Shown here in pieces: positions 1-5,192 of a stretch of 5,192 bases of DNA. Every line of letters starts with the position of its first letter. Position 1 is the first letter of the stretch. The DNA comes from a virus (Duplodnaviria > Heunggongvirae > Uroviricota > Caudoviricetes), in IMG/VR virus record IMGVR_UViG_2778261277_000011. One strand, written 5' to 3'. The notes under the pieces were generated by a model, which saw nothing but the letters and a program-made list of their open reading frames with translations, had not been told where the DNA came from and searched no databases. Made by a program: the position numbers and the translations under genes.

Positions 1-467
1 TTAGTGGCTTTCTTCTGCCCCGCCAGGCCAATCAGACGCTGGCGGCTGCTGGGGTCGAGTCCGAGCATTGCCCCCGTACTGCTCATCTCGGACTCCTGTT
101 CTTTTTTGGCGGTCAGCTCCGGATTTTTGACCATACCGCCCATTGCACCGGTGATGGTGTTGCCCTGTCTGGCAATATTTTTCACGGCACGTCGCCAGAA
201 CTCGTAGGCCACGCACCACCGCTCAAGCACCGCGAGGTCAGTCACGCACAGCAGGCCCTGACCGCAGAGTTCTTTAGTTGTCAGTTGCCACATGATCGTA
301 GCGAGAGGGAGATCTTCTTCAGCGAACCACTCCGGTGGCTCAACACCTTTGATGGGCGTAAAAACAGGTTCATCTTTATTCAGGGCTCGCTTGCCGGGGT
401 TTCCGGCCAGCGCCTTGCGCGCCGTTGGCTTGGGGCGACGCCCGGAACGCCCCGCCGTTCCAGCCAT
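1..467 (-). CDS. Phage terminase small subunit (P27-like family), 5' portion; runs off the left edge of the window
   Basis: Minus-strand ATG at 467..465 preceded by AGGAG 8 nt upstream. My manual translation gives MAGTAGRSGRRPKPTARKALAGNPGKRALNKDEPVFTPIKGVEPPEWF..., open with no stop to the window edge (not in the ORF track because it has no in-window stop). The basic N-terminus and position directly downstream of an HNH endonuclease are typical of HK97-like packaging modules. Confidence 0.75.
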   Translation of the reverse strand, partial: MAGTAGRSGRRPKPTARKALAGNPGKRALNKDEPVFTPIKGVEPPEWFAEEDLPLATIMWQLTTKELCGQGLLCVTDLAVLERWCVAYEFWRRAVKNIARQGNTITGAMGGMVKNPELTAKKEQESEMSSTGAMLGLDPSSRQRLIGLAGQKKAT

Positions 468-506
468 ATGCGGCACTCCTGGTTAAATTTCATTTTTCGC
501 GGGTAT

Positions 507-566
507 AAAAAAACGATGGGGCGGGCAGTCCGGAAGACGTCAGGTCACAGAGATTTGACCCGCCCC
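507..566 (-). other. Structured GC-rich element between HNH and terS: 8-bp inverted repeat GGGGCGGG (518..525) / CCCGCCCC (559..566) with a nested GGTCA/TGACC repeat (543..547 / 556..560), followed on the minus strand by a T7 run (507..513); candidate cos/packaging site or terminator
   Basis: Inverted repeats read directly from the sequence. In HK97-like phages cos lies between the HNH gene and terS (established knowledge); assigning that role here is inference. Confidence 0.35.
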
Positions 567-592
567 TCCCCTCTGGCAGTGGGAACTGGTTC

Positions 593-943
593 TTACTTCA
601 ACCGTTCACGGGCCGTCTTCGCCTTATGACACGGCCAGCACAGGCTCTGCAGATTGCTGTCGGCATCAGTGCCGCCATGCGCTTTAGGGATGATGTGGTC
701 AACGGTTTTCGCCTCACGCACCACACCGGCACGCAGACATAACTGACATAAACCTTTGTCACGCTCCAGCACACGCGCGCGGATAACATCCCACTTCGAA
801 CCGTAGCCGCGCTGATGACGGGATTGTCCTGGCTTGTATTGCTTCCAGCCTTCGCTTTTGTGGCTTTCGCAATAGCCTGACGGATCAGTAGTAGTATGGC
901 GGCAACCGCGAACGCGGCAGGCTTTTGGGGTTCGTGGTGGCAT
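593..943 (-). CDS. HNH endonuclease, phage packaging-associated (HK97 gp74-like)
   Basis: 116-aa ORF with N-terminal Cys cluster (CRVRGCRH...YCESH) and C-terminal HNH core (VDHIIPKAHGG...NLQSLCWPCHKAKT); immediately upstream of terS in the same orientation. Confidence 0.85.
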   Translation of the reverse strand: MPPRTPKACRVRGCRHTTTDPSGYCESHKSEGWKQYKPGQSRHQRGYGSKWDVIRARVLERDKGLCQLCLRAGVVREAKTVDHIIPKAHGGTDADSNLQSLCWPCHKAKTARERLK

Positions 944-969
944 TGGACACTATCGTTGCTTATGTTTAT

Positions 970-994
970 AAAAAAAGCCCTGCTTACGCAGGGC
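970..994 (-). terminator. Intrinsic terminator for minus-strand transcripts, downstream of the 76-aa cargo ORF
   Basis: Perfect 7-bp stem GCCCTGC (977..983) / GCAGGGC (988..994) with 4-nt loop, followed on the minus strand by a T7 run (plus-strand A-run 970..976). Confidence 0.6.
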
Positions 995-1022
995 ATAAAA
1001 ACTCAATATTGATACTATGAAT

Positions 1023-1253
1023 CTATTCCAAATCCCAACGTGGAATATTTATTATCTTACCAGGAGTTAAGGAAAATTTGGCTTTCTTCAATATCTCAAC
1101 ATTAGCATCATCAGGAATCACTAAGAAGTACGAATAGTGCATTTCTCCAGAATTCCCATGATTCTCCTGAATATCATCTTCGCTAACTCCCGACGCTTCA
1201 AGCTCATCAACTGTGAGTCCTAAATAATCAGCTAGCTTTTGTATATCAATCAT
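1023..1253 (-). CDS. Hypothetical small acidic protein (76 aa) in AT-rich cargo island; function unknown
   Basis: ATG at 1253..1251 with GAGGTG 4 nt upstream (strong SD); ORF MIDIQKLADYLGLTVDELEASGVSEDD...; about 15 D/E residues; low GC compared with flanking phage genes; followed by an intrinsic terminator. Confidence 0.5.
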   Translation of the reverse strand: MIDIQKLADYLGLTVDELEASGVSEDDIQENHGNSGEMHYSYFLVIPDDANVEILKKAKFSLTPGKIINIPRWDLE

Positions 1254-1552
1254 TAATCACCTCACATATCAACGATGAGGCATCATCATCACACACTCTA
1301 GCAAAAGCTTCAACTTATTGTTATTATTAAAATAATTCTATACAAATTACATCTAATGTATATCCTATGATACGACAGGTGCGAATATTAATGACAAACA
1401 ACCATCGTATTTCTCTGAAAAATGGCAAGTATCACTCATTATTCCCCATGCATCTATGTACTCTGTTCATGGTCAAGCCATAACTATATTTAATGCAAGA
1501 ATACGGAAAGTTAAACAAATAAACGTTGATACACTAACATTCCACAAACTAG

Positions 1553-1846
1553 TTATACTAATGAAGTAGGCAATTCTTCCTCTGAAATTCCCAATACTCT
1601 CATATCGGCCCGCAATTCTGCTATAGCGCACACTTCACTATAAGATGGTGCGGACTTCTCAGGATAAAGTACATACTCAAAATGCGGCGGAGGATTAAAT
1701 ATTAAAACCGAATACCCAGCTTCTTGAAGGATATTTTGGACGATTGAATAATAAGGTCTACGCTCATCAAACCAATAACATCCATTCCTTTCTATTGACG
1801 CGATTGCTTTTTTTGCGTGCTTCTTATAAACCCATGCCTTATCCAT
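1553..1846 (-). CDS. Hypothetical protein (97 aa) in AT-rich cargo island; function unknown
   Basis: ATG-initiated ORF MDKAWVYKKHAKKAIASIERNGCYWFDERRPYY...; no recognisable motif; weak SD (AGGA only 1 nt from the ATG); low-GC context; perfect minus-strand TATAAT (plus 1974..1979) and paired TACGTA palindromes lie upstream. Confidence 0.45.
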   Translation of the reverse strand: MDKAWVYKKHAKKAIASIERNGCYWFDERRPYYSIVQNILQEAGYSVLIFNPPPHFEYVLYPEKSAPSYSEVCAIAELRADMRVLGISEEELPTSLV

Positions 1847-1994
1847 ATCCTGTCAAAAATCTCCCTACGTAATTGAACAATAACACTACGTAGTAGTCAT
1901 ACACCAGAATATCTAACATATCAATCCAGCAACATTTAATTATTTTAACTTAATATGAAAAAGTCTTCAGTGATTATAATTTCACACCTATATA

Positions 1995-2285
1995 TCAATT
2001 CAGTAACTTTTCAGAGCCTGTGGCCAGTCTTTGGACACGCTGTTGTTGGACAATAGCTCGAATATGAGACTTGTCCGTATTACATTGCCCTAATGCAGAT
2101 AACAAGCTCGCATTTAAGTTGAGACTTGCACCATACGTCAGAGGGTCTGGTATGAGCGGTATAGGTGTTTCAGAAATCAAACTAGTTGGTAGTGGTGTAA
2201 CCGGAGTGCTCACGTAAACTGTCCGCGTACTTCCGCAACCGGTCAGCAGCGGCAGCAGGCACAGCACGTGAAGCGCAATCATCAT
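1995..2285 (-). CDS. Rz1: Rz1-type o-spanin (outer-membrane lipoprotein), overlapping the 3' end of Rz in another frame
   Basis: Start at the internal Met pair (2285..2283 / 2282..2280) of track ORF 1995..2453: MMIALHVLCLLPLLTGC with lipobox LTGC, then a proline-rich mature domain (TPVTPLPTSLISETPIPLIPDP); begins inside Rz and extends past the Rz stop. Confidence 0.7.
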   Translation of the reverse strand: MMIALHVLCLLPLLTGCGSTRTVYVSTPVTPLPTSLISETPIPLIPDPLTYGASLNLNASLLSALGQCNTDKSHIRAIVQQQRVQRLATGSEKLLN

Positions 2286-2562
2286 TCTCAACAGCCACTT
2301 TGATATCTTCCTGGGTTCTCTGTGACTCCAGTGCGATCTGCTGTTTTGCATGCTGGTTAGCCTCCAGAACTGTATTGACGATTTGTAGTGATTGCAGGAC
2401 GTTATTGGTAATGGCTGTTGCTGATTCAGCATTTCGTACAGCCTCATCAGCACGTTTCTTTTCGTGCTGATATTTGCTGTAGTAGTGGTTGGTAGACCAG
2501 ATGAAAGAACCGATGACAGTAAAGAAGAATGCAGAGATAGCCAGCTTATAGCTCAACTTCAT
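2182..2562 (-). CDS. Rz: Rz-type i-spanin (inner-membrane spanin subunit)
   Basis: 126 aa; N-terminal TMD (LAISAFFFTVIGSFIW) followed by STNHY, resembling lambda Rz (WAVNHY) as recalled; predicted coiled-coil periplasmic region; start overlaps the endolysin 3' end by 17 nt; contains the out-of-frame Rz1. Confidence 0.75.
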   Translation of the reverse strand: MKLSYKLAISAFFFTVIGSFIWSTNHYYSKYQHEKKRADEAVRNAESATAITNNVLQSLQIVNTVLEANQHAKQQIALESQRTQEDIKVAVENDDCASRAVPAAAADRLRKYADSLREHSGYTTTN

Positions 2563-3022
2563 TTACCACCCCACCAGCCTCTTTAAACCGGGAAATCAGG
2601 TCACCGATTTTATGTTCATACTGACCGTAACCTGCACCAGGTAACGACGCCCAAATATTGCTGCAACGATCGATAGCCTGACGAATATCGCCGCGATCAA
2701 TCATCGGTAAAGCGCCACGCTCTTTAATCTGCTGTAATGCAACAGCATCCTGGCTTTTAGGAGAGAAGTCTGTCAGCCCTAACTGCTTGCGGTAAGCATC
2801 CCACCAGCGCGAAAGAAGTTGATAACGGCCTGCAGCTGTTGATTTGAGTTTCGGGTTTAGCGTGACAAGCTTGCGAGGGTGATCGGAGTAATCAGTGAAG
2901 AGTTCTCCACCGACAATAACATCATAACCGTGGTTACGTGTCGGTTGTCGCCCGTTATCCGTTCCTTCTGACCATGCCACCATATCGAGGAAAGCTTTAC
3001 GCTGGGAATTTAGTACCTGCAT
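2546..3022 (-). CDS. R: Endolysin, lambda R-type lytic transglycosylase
   Basis: 158 aa, MQVLNSQRKAFLDMVAWSEGTDNGRQPTRNHGYDVIVGGELFTDYSDHPRKLVTLNPKLKS...; near-identical over long stretches to lambda R as I recall it, including the catalytic-Glu context WSEGT; AAGGAG RBS 6 nt upstream, embedded in the holin 3' end. Confidence 0.9.
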   Translation of the reverse strand: MQVLNSQRKAFLDMVAWSEGTDNGRQPTRNHGYDVIVGGELFTDYSDHPRKLVTLNPKLKSTAAGRYQLLSRWWDAYRKQLGLTDFSPKSQDAVALQQIKERGALPMIDRGDIRQAIDRCSNIWASLPGAGYGQYEHKIGDLISRFKEAGGVVNEVEL

Positions 3023-3025
3023 AAA

Positions 3026-3361
3026 TTACTCCTTAGAGCCACCAAACTTATTACCGATTACTCTCATTGCAGCCCCACGAATAGCATCGACCCCGATCAG
3101 CCCAACGCCGCCACCAATGGCAACAGAAAGAGATTTAGGCCATCCGACATACTCAAGAGCGGATGCAAAAGTCAGCGTCAGAGCACCACAGAGCAAAATC
3201 TCGAGCGTTTTTCGTTTCCAGCCACCACCACCGCCAAAATAGGCAATGCGCAAGCCAGCCATAACGATCGACATAATCACTGCGCCCAGCGGCGTATCTC
3301 CACGCCACCAGCTCTGGAACAACTCCAGCCAGTCCGGCCAGGTATTTGGGTTATGAGGCAT
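3026..3361 (-). CDS. Holin (three predicted TMDs); start assigned to the internal ATG at 3361, possible upstream extension to GTG at 3457
   Basis: MPHNPNTW... with hydrophobic segments LGAVIMSIVMAGLRIAYF, LEILLCGALTLTFASALEYVGW and LSVAIGGGVGLIGV, and a charged C-terminal tail; GAGGTGA SD upstream of the 3361 ATG; immediately upstream of the endolysin. Confidence 0.7.
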   Translation of the reverse strand: MPHNPNTWPDWLELFQSWWRGDTPLGAVIMSIVMAGLRIAYFGGGGGWKRKTLEILLCGALTLTFASALEYVGWPKSLSVAIGGGVGLIGVDAIRGAAMRVIGNKFGGSKE

Positions 3362-3437
3362 TTCGTCATCTCTCACCTCGCGATATTTGCGGGTGCTGTG
3401 TTGGAAATAAAAAGGCCACGCAACGTGACCACCAGAA

Positions 3438-4490
3438 TTATTTCCCCACCAGTTCACTTACCTCTTTCACCGTCTGATTAAACCGCTCTGACTCAAGTTC
3501 AACACCTAACGCCCGACGCCCCAGCGCCATTGCCGCTTTTATTGTGGAACCGGATCCCATAAAGAAATCAGCAACCAGATCGCCTGGTCGACTACTGGCA
3601 CTGATTATTTGCCGGAGCATATCCGCAGGCTTCTCACACGGATGTTTACCCGGGTAGAACTGAACGGGTTTATGCGTCCAGACGTCGGTATAAGGCACGG
3701 AAACTGATACGGAGAAATAGCGCCGGAGAGTTTTAAACTCATCCAGCAATTCAGAATATTTGCGATTCAGTGAATCATAAGATGCCACCAGCTGGTGGTG
3801 TGGTTGCTCCAGTTGTTGTTCCTGAAACTTCTCTGCCGCTATACGGGAAAACAGTGCCTGCAACTTCCGGTAGTCAGCCTCATTCGGCAACTGCCACTGA
3901 CTGGCACCAAACCAGTGGGAAACCATATTTTTCTTACCAGTGGCTTCGGCAATCTGTTTTGCCGTTATACCCAGTTCGGCACGAGCATCCCTGAAATACG
4001 AAATCAGCGGTGCCATTATGTGCTGTTTGAGTTGACTTTCTTTTGCCGCATAGCCGTCACTTTTGCCGCGATATGGTCCCTGGTAATGTTCAGCAAACAG
4101 AACGCGTTCTGTTGCGGGAAAATATGCGCGCAGACTTTCTTTATTACACCCGTTCCATCGTCCGGACGGCTTCGCCCAGATAATATGGTTAAGAACGTTG
4201 AAACGTTCACGCATCATGATCTCGATATCAGATGCGAGGCGATGTCCACAGAACAGGTAAAGGCTTCCGGCAGGTTTCAGCACCCGCCAGAACTGGGCCA
4301 GACAGTGGTCCAGCCACTTCAGGTAATCTTCGTCCCCTTTCCACTGATTGTCCCAACCGTTGGGTTTCACCTTGAAGTACGGCGGATCGGTAACAATCAG
4401 GTCAATGGAATCATCAGGCAGGGACTGAATAAAATGCAGGCAATCAGCGTTGATTAAATCAACACTGTTTATTTTTACAGTATTTTTCAT
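3438..4490 (-). CDS. DNA methyltransferase, beta-class amino-MTase (probable N6-adenine, possibly N4-cytosine); orphan, no restriction partner in window
   Basis: 350 aa; motif IV DLIVTDPPYF near the N-terminus and motif I FFMGSGST near the C-terminus (order IV then I = beta class); ATG at 4490..4488; located in the late operon between the leader and the holin. Confidence 0.88.
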   Translation of the reverse strand: MKNTVKINSVDLINADCLHFIQSLPDDSIDLIVTDPPYFKVKPNGWDNQWKGDEDYLKWLDHCLAQFWRVLKPAGSLYLFCGHRLASDIEIMMRERFNVLNHIIWAKPSGRWNGCNKESLRAYFPATERVLFAEHYQGPYRGKSDGYAAKESQLKQHIMAPLISYFRDARAELGITAKQIAEATGKKNMVSHWFGASQWQLPNEADYRKLQALFSRIAAEKFQEQQLEQPHHQLVASYDSLNRKYSELLDEFKTLRRYFSVSVSVPYTDVWTHKPVQFYPGKHPCEKPADMLRQIISASSRPGDLVADFFMGSGSTIKAAMALGRRALGVELESERFNQTVKEVSELVGK

Positions 4491-4522
4491 GGATCAGTAA
4501 GCGTAACTCTGGTAGGCTCACT

Positions 4523-4542
4523 CTGCTTTTGCGCTAAAGCAG
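4523..4542. other. Hairpin in the methyltransferase 5' leader (7-bp stem CTGCTTT/AAAGCAG, 6-nt loop)
   Basis: Inverted repeat read directly from the sequence; no function assigned. Confidence 0.3.
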
Positions 4543-4639
4543 TGGGCCGTGGTTCGCTTGTGACCAGTAAGCATGAGCGAATGGCTGGCAGGTGCTACCA
4601 ACACCCACCAGCCGCCCATTTTCACAAATTAAAAGTCCT

Positions 4640-4834
4640 TCATTGCTGAAGGCGTCTGTAACAGCCGAACTGGTAATCTGCCAGCCCCGCCATAACCAAC
4701 TGGGTCAGTATTAACTGACAGCGTTCGCGTGAAAGATATGTGTTTTGTGCAATCTCCCCGGCCGTTGTCGGTTCGATGCTTAATTCATTAAAAACAACTT
4801 TCGCCGTTTCTGTCATATCTTGCTGTTTTAGCAT
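4640..4834 (-). CDS. Small winged-helix protein resembling the PapI/FaeA family (64 aa from the RBS-supported ATG; track ORF extends to 4858)
   Basis: AAGGA 8 nt upstream of the ATG at 4834..4832; MLKQQDMTETAKVVFNELSIEPTTAGEIAQNTYLSRERCQLILTQLVMAGLADYQ matches the PapI pattern as I recall it (..KTAEIAEAL..YQARYYLLLLEKAGMV..). Family assignment is from memory and not search-verified. Confidence 0.5.
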   Translation of the reverse strand: MLKQQDMTETAKVVFNELSIEPTTAGEIAQNTYLSRERCQLILTQLVMAGLADYQFGCYRRLQQ

Positions 4835-4953
4835 GTCTTTTTTCCTTCTGGTTAACATGACATACCAATAACTCTTGTCTAAAAAGCCAGCAAGATAAAA
4901 AGTCAGTATTCACGATCACCAGCGTGTTTACCGTACTGCCAACATCAAGGCAC

Positions 4954-4976
4954 AAAAAAACCCGCTCAGCGGCGGG
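4954..4976 (-). terminator. Intrinsic terminator on the minus strand (candidate tR'-like late-leader terminator)
   Basis: GC-rich hairpin CCCGC-N6-GCGGG (4961..4976) followed on the minus strand by a T7 run (plus-strand A-run 4954..4960); lies about 50 nt downstream of the candidate late promoter. Confidence 0.65.
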
Positions 4977-5024
4977 TTCTTAAATCTTATCAACGGTAGA
5001 CATACAAAGCCCATCGTTGGAAAA

Positions 5025-5053
5025 ATCTTATCCATATTTTTTGAAAAATGCAA
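5025..5053 (-). promoter_or_regulatory. Candidate sigma70 late promoter (pR'-like): -35 TTGCAT, 17-bp spacer, -10 TAAGAT
   Basis: Minus-strand TTGCAT (plus 5048..5053) and TAAGAT (plus 5025..5030) with exact 17-bp spacing, directly downstream of the Q-like stop; downstream CAACGATGGG resembles the start of the lambda pR' transcript as I recall it. Confidence 0.4.
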
Positions 5054-5084
5054 GCATTATGTCGCCATCTTCGGCGAAAATCAT

Positions 5085-5192
5085 TTATCTCGTCACTTTT
5101 CTTAATTGCGCCTCAGCATATGCTTCTTCCTGCCAGCACTTTGTAACCAGTTTATCAATGACATCTGCATATCCTTTGTACCACTGATAATC
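5085..5192 (-). CDS. Q: Late antiterminator Q-like protein, C-terminal 35 codons (5' end outside window)
   Basis: Minus-strand frame open from the window edge to TAA at 5087..5085: ...DYQWYKGYADVIDKLVTKCWQEEAYAEAQLRKVTR. Resembles the lambda Q C-terminus as recalled (...YDALVVQCHKEES...AVTR). A second frame is also open for 29 codons, so frame choice rests on that similarity. Confidence 0.55.
   Translation of the reverse strand, partial: DYQWYKGYADVIDKLVTKCWQEEAYAEAQLRKVTR

Noticed and set aside
4-629. Track ORFs 4..207 (+), 285..629 (+), 292..486 (+) and 1..219 (-)
   Set aside because: All overlap the terS reading frame, which has a strong SD and a characteristic N-terminus; they use GTG/TTG starts and give Arg/Pro-rich nonsense-like translations. 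The true terS frame is missing from the track only because it has no in-window stop.
598-996. 132-aa minus-strand ORF overlapping the HNH gene in another frame
   Set aside because: The HNH frame carries the recognisable Cys/His motifs. This alternative frame would also run through the terminator hairpin at 970..994, and its translation has no domain features.
1281-1292. Short CAT trinucleotide repeat (catcatcatcac)
   Set aside because: Only about 3.5 repeat units; too short to call a microsatellite or phase-variation tract.
1391-1483. 30-codon plus-strand ORF (MTNNHRISLKNGKYHSLFPMHLCTLFMVKP) with AGGTG upstream
   Set aside because: Short ORFs of this length arise by chance in AT-rich DNA, and there is no hydrophobic or otherwise distinctive composition. 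Kept only as a note within the spacer finding.
3026-3457. Treating the full track ORF (GTG start at 3457) as the holin gene
   Set aside because: It would overlap the methyltransferase 3' end by 20 nt and lacks an SD, whereas the internal ATG at 3361 has GAGGTGA upstream. The long form is kept only as a hypothesis.
3795-4457. 220-aa plus-strand ORF, with smaller ORFs at 3770..3994 (+) and 4016..4210 (-)
   Set aside because: They lie entirely antisense to, or out of frame within, the well-supported methyltransferase gene. The translations are low-complexity with no motifs, typical shadow ORFs in GC-rich coding sequence.
4491-4639. Possible tRNA or small RNA between the PapI-like ORF and the methyltransferase (tRNAs often follow Q in lambdoid phages)
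   Set aside because: No cloverleaf-compatible arms or GGTTCGANTCC-type T-loop found by eye; only a simple 7-bp hairpin (4523..4542) and imperfect repeats. A tRNAscan or Infernal run would be needed to exclude it formally.
1-5192. CRISPR array, insertion sequence or integron features
   Set aside because: No regularly spaced direct repeats, no terminal inverted repeats flanking a transposase-like ORF, and no integrase or attC-like sites in the window.

Overview
This window reads as the late-gene region of a lambdoid / HK97-like prophage of an enterobacterial host, with every supported gene on the minus strand (transcribed right to left). From right to left: the 3' end of a Q-like antiterminator; a candidate pR'-like late promoter and tR'-like intrinsic terminator; a small PapI/FaeA-like winged-helix ORF; an orphan beta-class DNA methyltransferase (DPPY motif); a three-TMD holin; a lambda R-type endolysin; overlapping Rz/Rz1 spanins; an AT-rich cargo island (about 1000-1995) with two unrecognised small ORFs; an HNH endonuclease; a structured GC-rich intergenic region (candidate cos); and the 5' part of a P27-family small terminase running off the left edge. 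No rRNA, tRNA, CRISPR array or transposase was seen. The two candidates for an undescribed system are the AT-rich two-gene island between the lysis cassette and the packaging genes, and the PapI-like regulator plus orphan methyltransferase inserted into the late-operon leader. All homology statements come from reading the translations and recalling family features, not from a database search, and GC values are by-eye estimates.
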